Assembly: GCA_963736545.1 (NCBI GenBank)
Contig: CAVTPA010000001.1
Span: forward strand, 3,038,940 to 3,102,939
DNA length: 64,000 nucleotides
Source of the DNA: an uncultured Chloroflexia bacterium
GTDB lineage: Bacteria; Chloroflexota; Limnocylindria; Limnocylindrales; CSP1-4
Reading direction: 5' to 3'
This document shows, piece after piece, positions 41,878 to 52,136 of the stretch. The translations under genes and the position numbers were made by a program. The notes beneath the pieces were generated by a model. That model ran no database searches, had not been told where the DNA came from, and worked only from the letters and a program-made list of their open reading frames with translations. Each line of letters starts with the position of its first letter. Positions within the stretch are counted from its first letter, which is position 1.

Positions 41878-42624
41878 ATGACAGCACCTGCCGCCGAGCA
41901 GCGCACCGTCCGGGTCAGCGTCTCCCGCCGCAAGGAGGGCGACGACCCGGCGGAGCAGCGCTACGACACCTTCGACGTCGCCGTCGGCCCGAGCGCGATG
42001 ATCCTCGACGCGCTCGTCGCCATTCGTCGCCAGCAGGACGCCACGCTCGCGTTCCGCCACTCCTGCTTCCACGCCTCCTGCGGGACCTGCGGGATGCGGG
42101 TCAACGGCCGCGAGGGCCTCGCCTGCGTGACGCCCGTCCCCGCCGGCGACGAGGTGGTCGTCGAGCCGCTCGCCAACATCCCGGTGGTCTCGGACCTCGT
42201 CGTCGACATGAACGTCTTCTACGACGAGTTCGACGAGGCCGGACGCCCGCTCGTCCGTGCCGACGACCTCATCCCCGAGTGCGAGCCGGCCGAGGGGATC
42301 GACCAGCTCGAGCGGTACGAGGACTGCATCGAGTGCGGGATCTGCGTGTCCGCCTGCCCGGTGGCCGGCAGCGACCCGCGCTACGTCGGGCCGGCCGCCC
42401 TCGCGGCAGCCTCGCGTCTCCTCGACGAGCCGCGCGGGCGCGATCCCGGCCCGGTCCTGCGGCTGATGGACAGCGAGCAGGCCGCGTGGCGCTGCCACCT
42501 GGCGTGGGAATGCTCCGAGGCGTGCCCGTCGGGCGTGGACCCGGCCGGCGCGATCATGCGGCTCCGGCGAGCGGCTGTCGCGGCGCGCGCTCGTCGCCTC
42601 TTCTCGTTCGGAGGATCCCGCTGA
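41878..42624 (+). CDS. Succinate-dehydrogenase/fumarate-reductase-type iron-sulfur subunit (SdhB-like)
   Basis: A 2Fe-2S ferredoxin-like N-domain (CFHASCGTCGMRVNG...ACV) and two 4Fe-4S dicluster motifs (CIECGICVSACP; CHLAWECSEACP). The stop overlaps the next start as TGATG. Confidence 0.8.
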   Translation: MTAPAAEQRTVRVSVSRRKEGDDPAEQRYDTFDVAVGPSAMILDALVAIRRQQDATLAFRHSCFHASCGTCGMRVNGREGLACVTPVPAGDEVVVEPLANIPVVSDLVVDMNVFYDEFDEAGRPLVRADDLIPECEPAEGIDQLERYEDCIECGICVSACPVAGSDPRYVGPAALAAASRLLDEPRGRDPGPVLRLMDSEQAAWRCHLAWECSEACPSGVDPAGAIMRLRRAAVAARARRLFSFGGSR

Positions 42625-43046
42625 TGGCCACCACGACCGTCCAGCCCCCGCGGCCGGAGACCGGGCCGGCCCAGCGCCGGGGGATCATCGGCTGGTTCGA
42701 CCCGCGCGGCCGGCGCCTCGGGGGCCTTGCCTTCATCCTCAACCGGCTGAGCGGGATCGGCCTCGCCGTCTACCTGTACCTGCACCTCGGCATCCTGTCG
42801 CTCCTGGCCACGGGACCCGATGCCTGGGACACGTTCGTCGACATCGCCCTGAGCCCCCCGGTCCTCGTGCTGGACGTGGTCCTCCTGGCCGGCATGCTGT
42901 TCCACGGGCTGAACGGGATCCGCGTCGGCCTGGTCGGGATGGGCCTGGTGGTGAGCCGCCAGCGCGCGCTCGTCATCGCCGCGGTCGTCATCGCCGGCTT
43001 CGTCACCTTCGTCGGCGCGCTCCGCATCTTCGGCGGGGAGGGGTAG
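42624..43046 (+). CDS. Membrane anchor cytochrome b subunit (SdhC-like)
   Basis: 140 aa with three TM helices and conserved His residues (HLGILSLL, FHGLNG). Confidence 0.7.
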   Translation: MATTTVQPPRPETGPAQRRGIIGWFDPRGRRLGGLAFILNRLSGIGLAVYLYLHLGILSLLATGPDAWDTFVDIALSPPVLVLDVVLLAGMLFHGLNGIRVGLVGMGLVVSRQRALVIAAVVIAGFVTFVGALRIFGGEG

Positions 43047-43054
43047 GAGAAGCC

Positions 43055-43441
43055 ATGACCACCGAACAGCGGGCGCTCGAGCGCCCGGCCGCGGGCTCGC
43101 GCGGCATCCCTGCCTTCGTCGGCCAGGTCCTGAGCGGCGTGGTGCTGCTGGTGCTCCTCACGCTGCACATGGTCGCCCAGCACTTCGTGGTGCCGACCGG
43201 GCTGCGCTATTACGAGGACGTCATCGACTGGCTGAGCAACCCGGTCGTGGTCGCGGTCGAGGTCCTCTTCCTGACGTTCGTCACGTACCACGCCCTGCTG
43301 GGCATGCGGGCGATCCTCTTCGACTTCGGCTTCTCGGAGAGGACCGAGCGCCGCCTGACCGCCATCTTCGTCGTCGTCGGGATCGCCACCGTGGTGTACG
43401 GCGTGGCGCTCCTCGCGGCGATCATCAACAACGCGCAGTAG
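43055..43441 (+). CDS. Membrane anchor subunit (SdhD-like)
   Basis: 128 aa with three TM helices and a His in the first TM (LTLHMVAQHF). Confidence 0.65.
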   Translation: MTTEQRALERPAAGSRGIPAFVGQVLSGVVLLVLLTLHMVAQHFVVPTGLRYYEDVIDWLSNPVVVAVEVLFLTFVTYHALLGMRAILFDFGFSERTERRLTAIFVVVGIATVVYGVALLAAIINNAQ

Positions 43442-43451
43442 GATCCTGGCC

Positions 43452-43859
43452 ATGGAGCCGCTCGTCGGGATCGTCGTCGTCAGCCACTCCGCCCAGATCG
43501 CCGCCGGGACGGTCGAGCTCGCCCGCCAGATGGCGGGTCCAGACCTGCGGATCGAGGGCGCCGGCGGCATCGCGGACGGCTCGCTCGGCACGGATGCGGC
43601 CGCGATCATGACCGCCATCGAGACGGCCGACACGGGCGCCGGGGTCCTCGTCCTCGTCGACCTTGGCAGCGCCGTGCTCGCAACGCAGACGGCCCTCGAG
43701 CTCCTCGGCGAGGACGTGGCCGCTCACGTCCGGCTGTCCGGCGGGCCGCTCGTCGAGGGCGCGGTCGTCGCGGCCCTGCAGGCGAGCATCGGGGATGCGC
43801 TCGACGCCGTCCATGCGGCGGCGGAGGGCGCGGCGAGCCTGCCGAAGCTTCCGGAGTGA
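43452..43859 (+). CDS. dhaM: Dihydroxyacetone kinase phosphotransfer subunit (EIIA-Man fold only)
   Basis: MEPLVGIVVVSHSAQIAAGTVELARQMAG, with the phosphorylatable His in VSHS. The stop overlaps the next start as GTGA. Confidence 0.8.
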   Translation: MEPLVGIVVVSHSAQIAAGTVELARQMAGPDLRIEGAGGIADGSLGTDAAAIMTAIETADTGAGVLVLVDLGSAVLATQTALELLGEDVAAHVRLSGGPLVEGAVVAALQASIGDALDAVHAAAEGAASLPKLPE

Positions 43860-44953
43860 GCGCAGTCGCGGACGCCGCCGCGGACGTCGCGACGGCCCCG
43901 CGGCGCGTCGCCGTCGTCGGTGCGGGGGCCGTCGGCACGCTGCTCGGCGGGCTCCTCGCGGCGGCCGGCGCCGATGTCACGCTCGTCGATGCCCGCGTCT
44001 CGGCGGACGCCTCCGCCGACGTGTCCATCCACGAACCGGGAGGCCGCGAGGTGGTTGCCCGGGTCCGCCGCGCCACGCACCTCGCCGACGTCGCCGGCGA
44101 CCCCGACCTCGTGGTCCTCGCCGTCAAGATGTTCGACCTGGCGGGGGCTCTCGACGACCTCGTCGCCTGGCCGAACGCAACCCTCCTCACGATCCAGAAC
44201 GGGATCGGCGCGGAGGAGCTCGTGGCCTCGGCACGGCCCGGGGCGGGCCTCGTCGCCGGGTCGCTGACCTCGCCCGTGGAGCGGCCCGGCCCCGCCGAGG
44301 TCCGCTGGCGCGGCCGCGGCGGCATCGCCCTCGCGGTTGCCGCCGGGGACGCCGCCGCCGACGCCGACTGGCTGGCAGCCGCGTTCGCGACGGCCGGCCT
44401 GCCCTCGCGGCGCCTCGACGACCCGCGGGCGATGAAGTGGTCGAAGCTCGTCGGCAACCTCGTCGGCAACGCGCTGAGCGCGCTGGCGGACCGTGAGCCG
44501 GCGGCCGTCTACGCCGACCCCGTCCTCTTCGACCTCGAGCGTCGGCAGCTCGCGGAGACCCTGGCCGTCATGCGGGCCGCCCGGATCCCGGTGGTCGCCC
44601 TCCCGGGCGCCGACGTGCGCCTCCTCGCCCTCGCGATCCGGCTGCCGGCTCCGCTGTCGCGGGCCGTGCTCCGGCGAGTCGTCGGCGGCGCGCGCGGCGG
44701 CAAGTCGCCGTCCCTGCGGCTGCATCTCCAATCGGCGGAGGGCCCGACCGAGGCCGCCTGGCTGAACGGCGCGGTGGCCCGCGCCGGTGCCGTGGCCGGC
44801 GTGCCGACGCCCGTGAACGCCGCCCTTGCCCGTCTGCTCGACGCGGTCGTCGGCGATCCCGAGCTGCGCGACGAGCTCGCGGCGCGGCCCCACCGGATCG
44901 CCGAGATCGTCGCCGCCGAACCGCCAACCCACGTCCCGAGCCGCGGCCCCTAA
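43856..44953 (+). CDS. Ketopantoate-reductase (ApbA/PanE) family NAD(P)-dependent oxidoreductase
   Basis: Rossmann motif VAVVGAGAVGTLLGGLLAAAG, then LAVKMFDL and a KPR C-terminal domain. Embedded between dhaM and ptsH. Confidence 0.75.
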   Translation: MSAVADAAADVATAPRRVAVVGAGAVGTLLGGLLAAAGADVTLVDARVSADASADVSIHEPGGREVVARVRRATHLADVAGDPDLVVLAVKMFDLAGALDDLVAWPNATLLTIQNGIGAEELVASARPGAGLVAGSLTSPVERPGPAEVRWRGRGGIALAVAAGDAAADADWLAAAFATAGLPSRRLDDPRAMKWSKLVGNLVGNALSALADREPAAVYADPVLFDLERRQLAETLAVMRAARIPVVALPGADVRLLALAIRLPAPLSRAVLRRVVGGARGGKSPSLRLHLQSAEGPTEAAWLNGAVARAGAVAGVPTPVNAALARLLDAVVGDPELRDELAARPHRIAEIVAAEPPTHVPSRGP

Positions 44954-44967
44954 CGGAGGACCTCCAG

Positions 44968-45252
44968 ATGCGCACCCTCGAGATCGAGATCCGCAACCCG
45001 TCCGGCATCCACCTCCGTCCCGCAGGGACCTTCGTGAAGGGGGCCGCCGCCTACCGCTCCGCGATCACCCTCGAGAACGTGACTCGCGGCGGCAAGGCGG
45101 TCAACGCGAAGGACGCCCTGGCGGTCCTCTCGTACGGCAAGGCGGCTCGCGGCGACACGGTCCGGATCGTCGCCGACGGGGAGGACGAGGACGTCGCGAT
45201 CGATGGGCTCCGGGAGCTCATCGAGAGCGGGCTCGGGGAGTCGCTGGAGTGA
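44968..45252 (+). CDS. ptsH: Phosphocarrier protein HPr
   Basis: 94 aa (EIRNPSGIHLRPAGTFV; His15 region). The stop overlaps the ptsI start as GTGA. Confidence 0.85.
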   Translation: MRTLEIEIRNPSGIHLRPAGTFVKGAAAYRSAITLENVTRGGKAVNAKDALAVLSYGKAARGDTVRIVADGEDEDVAIDGLRELIESGLGESLE

Positions 45253-47051
45253 CCGGGCCGCGCCTCGCCGGCGTGGGAGCAGCACCGGGGATCGCGATCG
45301 CGCCGGCCTGGCGCTACGTGGAGGGCGCGGCCGCGGCCGCCGGAGCCCCGGTCCACGCGGATCCCGCCGCGGCCGTTCGCGCCGCGGCGGACACGGCGGC
45401 GACCGAGCTCGAGGCCCTCGCGGCGCGCGTGCGCGAGACGGGACGCGAGGAGGAGGCAGGGATCTTCGAGGGCCAGGCGCTCCTCGCCACGAGCCCGAGC
45501 CTCATCGACGACGCGGTCGAGCGGACGGAGGGCGGCATGCCCCCTGCCGAGGCCGTCACGGCCGCCGCCGACGCTGCGGCCGAGGTGCTCGCCGCGCTCG
45601 ACGACGAGCTCCTCGCGGCACGGGCCGCCGACGTCCGCGACGTCGGGGCACGGATCGCCCGGATCCTCCGCGGTGAGCGCCTCTCCCTCCCGGGCACGCC
45701 CTCGATCGCCGTCGCCGACGACCTTCCGCCGTCGGTGACCGCGGAGATCCCGGCCGGGCTCCTGCTCGGCATCGTCCTCGAGGGCGGGTCGCGAACGGCC
45801 CATGCCTGCATCCTCGCCCGCAGCCTCGGCATCCCGGCCGTGGTCGGAGCCTCGGGGGTCCTCGCGGCGCTCGACGCGGCGACCGTGGTCCCTGCGGCGA
45901 CCGTGGTCCCTGCGGCGACCGTGGTCCCTGCGGCGACCGTGCTGGCCGTCGACGGGGAGTCCGGGGAGGTCGTCGTCGACCCGGACGCGGCGACCCGCGA
46001 GGCGTTCGGCGCACGCGCCGCCGCGCTCGAGGCCCGCCGAGCCCGAGCGGCGGCCGTCCGGGGACGTCCCGGGGCGACCGCGGACGGCAGGCGCGTCCTC
46101 CTCGTCGCGAACATCGGGACGCCCGACGATGCGCCGCGCGCCCTCGACGCCGGCGCCGAGGGCGTCGGCCTGTTCCGGACCGAGTTCCTGTTCATGCAGC
46201 GCCAGGTCCCGCCGACCGAGGACGAGCAGGTCGCCGCCTATCGCCGCGCCTTCGACGCGTTCGGCCCCGCACGCCCCGTGGTCGTGCGCCTGGCCGACAT
46301 CGGTGGCGACAAGGGGATCCCGTACCTCGGCCTGCCCGCCGAGGCCAACCCGTTCCTCGGCGTGCGCGCGATCCGGCTCGCCTACGGCGATCCCGAGCTG
46401 CTGCGCACCCAGCTGCGGGCGATCTGGCGGGCCGGCGGCCTCGCCGGCGTCGAGCCGCACGTCATGGCCCCGATGGTCGCCACGCTCGAGGACGTCGACC
46501 TTCTCGAGACGCTGCGCGACGAGGCGCGGGCCGCGGTCCTGGCCGCCGGGCAGCCGTGCGCCGCGCGCATGGTGACCGGGATCATGGTCGAGGTGCCGGC
46601 CGCGGCGTTCCTGGCCCCCGAGCTCGCCCGGCGCGTCGCGTTCTTCAGCATCGGCACGAACGACCTCACCCAGTACGTCATGGCCGCCGACCGGGGCAAC
46701 GCGGCGCTCGGGCGGCTGCAGGACGCGCTCCATCCGGCCGTGCTGCGTGCCGTGGCCGGCGTCGTGGCCGGGGCGGATGCGGGCGGGATCCCCGTCGCCG
46801 TCTGCGGCGAGCTGGCAGGCGACCCGGCCGGGGCGCTCGTGCTCGTCGGCCTGGGCGTGGACGAGCTCTCCGCCGACGCGGGCTCGCTCGACGAGGTGCG
46901 GGCGGCCCTCGCCGCGTGCACGGCGGCGGAGCTGGAGGCGCTGGCGACCGCCGCCCTCGCAGCGCCCGACGCACGTGCCGTCCGGGCGGCGGCAGCGCCG
47001 CTCCTCGCCCGGGCCGCCGGGACGGCTTGGGAGCCTGCCCCGGCGGACTGA
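45249..47051 (+). CDS. ptsI: Phosphoenolpyruvate-protein phosphotransferase (PTS Enzyme I)
   Basis: 600 aa with a phospho-His domain (GGSRTAHACILARSLGIP) and a PEP-utilising C-terminal barrel (GLFRTEFLFM, SIGTNDLTQY, CGELAGDP). Confidence 0.9.
   Translation: MTGPRLAGVGAAPGIAIAPAWRYVEGAAAAAGAPVHADPAAAVRAAADTAATELEALAARVRETGREEEAGIFEGQALLATSPSLIDDAVERTEGGMPPAEAVTAAADAAAEVLAALDDELLAARAADVRDVGARIARILRGERLSLPGTPSIAVADDLPPSVTAEIPAGLLLGIVLEGGSRTAHACILARSLGIPAVVGASGVLAALDAATVVPAATVVPAATVVPAATVLAVDGESGEVVVDPDAATREAFGARAAALEARRARAAAVRGRPGATADGRRVLLVANIGTPDDAPRALDAGAEGVGLFRTEFLFMQRQVPPTEDEQVAAYRRAFDAFGPARPVVVRLADIGGDKGIPYLGLPAEANPFLGVRAIRLAYGDPELLRTQLRAIWRAGGLAGVEPHVMAPMVATLEDVDLLETLRDEARAAVLAAGQPCAARMVTGIMVEVPAAAFLAPELARRVAFFSIGTNDLTQYVMAADRGNAALGRLQDALHPAVLRAVAGVVAGADAGGIPVAVCGELAGDPAGALVLVGLGVDELSADAGSLDEVRAALAACTAAELEALATAALAAPDARAVRAAAAPLLARAAGTAWEPAPAD
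45878..45950 (+). repeat. In-frame 18-bp tandem repeat (about 3.5 copies) inside ptsI
   Basis: gcgaccgtggtccctgcg repeated, encoding ATVVPA ATVVPA ATVVPA ATV. It lies in the linker between the His domain and the PEP-binding domain. Confidence 0.7.
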
Positions 47052-47072
47052 CGCCGCCTATACTCCCGGCCC

Positions 47073-47690
47073 ATGGAGCCGCTCGAACTCGCCCGCGCCG
47101 CCGCGCTCGTCGTCGCCGGCTACCTCATCGGCGGGATCCCGTGGGGCGTGATCGTGGCTCGCCTGTCCGGCGGCCCGGATCCCCGCACGGTCGGCAGCGG
47201 CCGGACCGGCGGGGCGAACGTGGCCCGCGCCCTCGGGCCGCGGCTGGCCCTCGTTTCAGGCCTCCTCGACATGCTCAAGGGCACCGCCGCGGTCCTCCTC
47301 GCCCGCGCCCTGGGGGCCGGCGTCGAGGTCGAGGTGCTGGCCGGGCTGGCGGCCATCGTCGGCCACAGCCGCTCGCCGTTCCTCGGCTTTTCGGGCGGCC
47401 GGGGCGTCGCGCCGGGCTTCGGGGCCGGGCTCGCCTTCTCCCCGCTCGCGGCCGTGATCACCCTCGCGGTGTTCGTCGCCGTCCTGGCGATCTGGCGCTA
47501 CACGTCGCTCGCCTCGCTCGTCGGCTCCGCCGCCGGCGGCATCGCCTTCGCCGCCCAGATCCTGGCGACGGGGCTTCCGCCCGCTCTGCTCGGCTTCGCC
47601 ATCGGCGCGCCCGTCCTCGTCTGGCTCTTCCACCTCGACAACATCGGGCGCCTGATGCGGGGCGAGGAGCGCAAGTTCGGCGCCAAGTGA
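47073..47690 (+). CDS. plsY: Glycerol-3-phosphate acyltransferase PlsY
   Basis: 205 aa membrane protein with GSGRTGGANVARALG (G-S-G-x-x-G-A-N motif) and HSRSPFLGFSGGRGVA. Confidence 0.85.
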   Translation: MEPLELARAAALVVAGYLIGGIPWGVIVARLSGGPDPRTVGSGRTGGANVARALGPRLALVSGLLDMLKGTAAVLLARALGAGVEVEVLAGLAAIVGHSRSPFLGFSGGRGVAPGFGAGLAFSPLAAVITLAVFVAVLAIWRYTSLASLVGSAAGGIAFAAQILATGLPPALLGFAIGAPVLVWLFHLDNIGRLMRGEERKFGAK

Positions 47691-47694
47691 GCCA

Positions 47695-47712
47695 CGAGCC
47701 GGTCGACCGGCT
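47695..47712 (+). terminator. Perfect 9-bp palindrome just after the plsY stop (candidate terminator, no T-tract)
   Basis: gagccggtc/gaccggctc begins 5 nt after the plsY stop codon. Confidence 0.3.
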
Positions 47713-47863
47713 CGGCCGGGCGCTGCCGGGCCGGCTCGTCACGCGGTCCCGTGGTCAGCGCGCGGCCTCCCTGCGGTAGACTTCCGACGAGGCGGCGCCC
47801 AGCCGCCCGGCTCGACTCTCGCCGTCCCGGCGCCGGCCGCGCGCCCTGGAGGAACCCGCCACG

Positions 47864-48385
47864 ATGACCCCCGAAGAGCTCCGCGCGAAGATCCGCGAGA
47901 TCCCGGACTTCCCGAAGCCGGGGATCCTCTTCTACGACATCACGACGCTCCTCAAGGACCCGGTCGCCTACCGCGCGGCGATCGACGCGATGCTCGCCCC
48001 GTACGCCGGGCAGGCGGTGGACGTCGTCGTCGGCATGGAATCGCGGGGCTTCATCTTCTCGGCGCCGATGGCCTACCAGCTCGGCGCGGGGCTCGTCCCG
48101 GTGCGCAAGCTCGGCAAGCTGCCGGCCGAGACGATCAGCGTCGAATATGCCCTGGAGTACGGGTCGAACACGCTCGAAGTCCACCGCGACGCGATCGAGC
48201 CCGGCCAGAAGGTCCTCATCGTCGACGACCTCCTCGCCACGGGCGGCACCGTCCGCGGGACGGTCGAGCTCGTGGAGCGCCTCCGGGGCGAGATCGTCGG
48301 CCTCGCGTTCCTCGTCGAGCTGTCGTTCCTCAAGGGCCGCGACCGGCTCGCCGAGCACGCCGTCTCGGCGGTCGTCCGGTACTGA
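47864..48385 (+). CDS. apt: Adenine phosphoribosyltransferase
   Basis: 173 aa with the PRPP-binding motif VLIVDDLLATGGT and the conserved N-terminus IREIPDFPKPGILFYDITTLL. Confidence 0.9.
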   Translation: MTPEELRAKIREIPDFPKPGILFYDITTLLKDPVAYRAAIDAMLAPYAGQAVDVVVGMESRGFIFSAPMAYQLGAGLVPVRKLGKLPAETISVEYALEYGSNTLEVHRDAIEPGQKVLIVDDLLATGGTVRGTVELVERLRGEIVGLAFLVELSFLKGRDRLAEHAVSAVVRY

Positions 48386-48419
48386 GCGGCCGGGCGGCCC
48401 CGGCGCGTCCGACGTCCGC

Positions 48420-49784
<1,365 letters not shown>

Positions 49785-49785
49785 C

Positions 49786-50676
49786 ATGGCGACGACCGCC
49801 GTTCCTCACGCCGGGGCGCGCGCGCTGACGGTGCGAACCACGACCGATCGGCCACTCCTGCGGGCGTTCCTGGAGCGCGATCGGCTCTATGCCGCCTATG
49901 CGCTCTGCGACCTCGACGTGCGCGAGTTCTCGCGGACCCGCTGGGGGGTCGCGCTCGAGGGCGAGGAGGCGGTCGCCGTCGTCCTCGAGTACGGCGGCTA
50001 CGCTCCCCAGCCGCTCTTCGTCATGGGCGAGTCGGCCGGGATCTCGGCGATCCTCGGCGACGTGATCCGGCCCCGCGCCGCATACGCGGCGATGCTCCCG
50101 GCCAGCCTCCCGGCCGTGGAGGCCCACTATCGCGTCGAGCCCGGGCCACCGATGGTCCGGATGTGGGTCGATCGCACCTCGTTCCGGCCGTACCCGGCGG
50201 ACGTCGCCCGTCTCCTGCCGGTCGAGATCGGGGACCTCAACCGCCTGTACCAGCTCGGATTCACGGCCTGGCTGCCGCCCTCGGCGATCGCCGAGGGCGT
50301 CTACTTCGGCATCCGAATCGAGGGGCGCCTCGTGGCGGCGGCCGGCACGCACGTCATCTCGCCCGAAGCGCGGCTCGGCGTCGTCGGGAACGTGTTGACC
50401 CACGTCGACTTCCGCGGCCGAGGCTACGCGACCGCGGTCACCGGCGCCGTGACCGCCGAGCTGCTGCGCTACTGCGACCAGGTGGTCCTCAACGTGCGAT
50501 CGGACAACCCACCGGCGCTCCAGGCCTACCGCAAGCTCGGCTACCGCGAGCACGTCCGCTTCGAGGAGCGGCTCGTTCACCGCGAGGACCCGCGCGGGGG
50601 CCTGCTCCGGACGATCGCCGGGCCGGTCCGCCGCCTTCTCGGCCGGCCCGCCAACGCGGGTCGTCGCCCGGACTGA
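49786..50676 (+). CDS. GNAT-family N-acetyltransferase (FR47-like)
   Basis: 296 aa. The C-terminal half has the acetyl-CoA binding pattern (VGNVLTHVDFRGRGYATAVTGAV...LNVRSDNPPALQAYRKLGY). Confidence 0.7.
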   Translation: MATTAVPHAGARALTVRTTTDRPLLRAFLERDRLYAAYALCDLDVREFSRTRWGVALEGEEAVAVVLEYGGYAPQPLFVMGESAGISAILGDVIRPRAAYAAMLPASLPAVEAHYRVEPGPPMVRMWVDRTSFRPYPADVARLLPVEIGDLNRLYQLGFTAWLPPSAIAEGVYFGIRIEGRLVAAAGTHVISPEARLGVVGNVLTHVDFRGRGYATAVTGAVTAELLRYCDQVVLNVRSDNPPALQAYRKLGYREHVRFEERLVHREDPRGGLLRTIAGPVRRLLGRPANAGRRPD

Positions 50677-50839
50677 CCCCGCGACGCCCGCGGTACCGCG
50701 CGTTCCGAACTCGGCACGTACCGCGGGCTCGGTTCGGGACGCCGTCGTCGCGCCGGACCGTCCCGCGACCGTCGGGCATAATCGGCGAGCCGCCCGACCA
50801 CGAGCCGCCACCGCCCTGCCACCCGGAGACTCCCGAAGC

Positions 50840-52117
50840 ATGACGATCCCGTCCGCGCTGCCGCCCCACGACGTCACCGACCTCGGCCTGGCCGACGAGG
50901 GCGTCCGCCGAATCGAGTGGGCCGAACGCGAGATGCCGGTCCTCCGGCTGATCCGCGAGCGATTCGCGCGCGAGCGGCCGCTGGCGGGCGTGCGGGTGGC
51001 GGCCTGCCTCCACGTGACGACGGAGACCGCCAACCTCGTCCGGACGCTCGCGGCCGGCGGGGCGGAGGTGGCCCTGGCGGCAAGCAACCCGCTGTCGACG
51101 AAGGACGACGTCGCGGCCGCGCTCACCGCGCGCTACGGGATCGGCGTCTTCGCCCGCCGCGGCGAGGACCGGGACACCTACTACGCGCACCTCAACGCGA
51201 TCGCCGACACGCGGCCCCAGATCACGATGGACGACGGCTGCGACCTCGTGAGCCTCCTCCACGACTCGCGGACGGAGCTGCTCCCCGGCGTGCTGGCGGG
51301 GACCGAGGAGACGACCACCGGCGTCATCCGCCTCCGGGCGATGGCCAAGGACGGAGCGCTCCGCTTCCCGGTCGTCGCCGTCAACGAGGCGGAGACGAAG
51401 CACCTCTTCGACAATCGCTACGGGACCGGCCAGAGCACGCTCGACGGGATCCTGCGGGCGACGAACATCCTCATCGCGGGCCGGCGGGCGGTCGTGGCCG
51501 GGTACGGCTGGGTGGGGAAGGGGATCGCGGCTCGCCTCAAGGGCCACGGCGCCCACGTCGCGATCGTCGAGGTCAACCCGGTCCGCGCGCTCGAGGCCCT
51601 CATGGACGGCTTCGAGGTGAAGACGGTCGACCAGGCCGCCCCGTGGGGCGAGCTCTTCATCACCGCGACCGGCAACGTCAACGTCTTCCGGCGCGAGCAC
51701 TTCGTGGCGATGCCGGACGGGGCGATCATGGCCAACAGCGGGCACTTCGACGCCGAGCTCGACCTCGTGGCGCTTCGCGCGCTCGCCGAGGGCCACGTCC
51801 GCGAGGTCCGGGAGAACGTCCAGGAGTTCGACCTGGGCCCGAAGAAGGTACATCTCATCGCCGAGGGTCGGCTCGTGAACCTCGGCGCCGCGGAGGGTCA
51901 CCCGGCGGCGGTCATGGACATGAGCTTCGCCAACCAGGCGCTCTCGGCCGAGTACGTCGTGGCGCACCACGCCGAGCTCGAGTCGACGGTGTACGTCGTG
52001 CCCGAGGCGATCGACGCCGAGGTCGCCCGGCTGAAGCTCGAGGCGCTCGGCATCACCCTCGACGACATGACGGCGGAGCAGAAGGCCTACATGACCAGCT
52101 GGCACAGCGGAACGTAA
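50840..52117 (+). CDS. ahcY: Adenosylhomocysteinase
   Basis: 425 aa with the NAD-binding motif VAGYGWVGKG, plus ACLHVTTETANLVRTL and HFDAELD. Confidence 0.95.
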   Translation: MTIPSALPPHDVTDLGLADEGVRRIEWAEREMPVLRLIRERFARERPLAGVRVAACLHVTTETANLVRTLAAGGAEVALAASNPLSTKDDVAAALTARYGIGVFARRGEDRDTYYAHLNAIADTRPQITMDDGCDLVSLLHDSRTELLPGVLAGTEETTTGVIRLRAMAKDGALRFPVVAVNEAETKHLFDNRYGTGQSTLDGILRATNILIAGRRAVVAGYGWVGKGIAARLKGHGAHVAIVEVNPVRALEALMDGFEVKTVDQAAPWGELFITATGNVNVFRREHFVAMPDGAIMANSGHFDAELDLVALRALAEGHVREVRENVQEFDLGPKKVHLIAEGRLVNLGAAEGHPAAVMDMSFANQALSAEYVVAHHAELESTVYVVPEAIDAEVARLKLEALGITLDDMTAEQKAYMTSWHSGT

Positions 52118-52136
52118 GCGGACGCGAGCGTACGTC

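Noticed and set aside
50676-50840. Possible SAH riboswitch upstream of ahcY
   Set aside because: A GGCTCGG element and an inverted repeat are present, but the conserved GAGGAGCGCUGC and CAACGGCGCUCAC parts of the SAH riboswitch are not.
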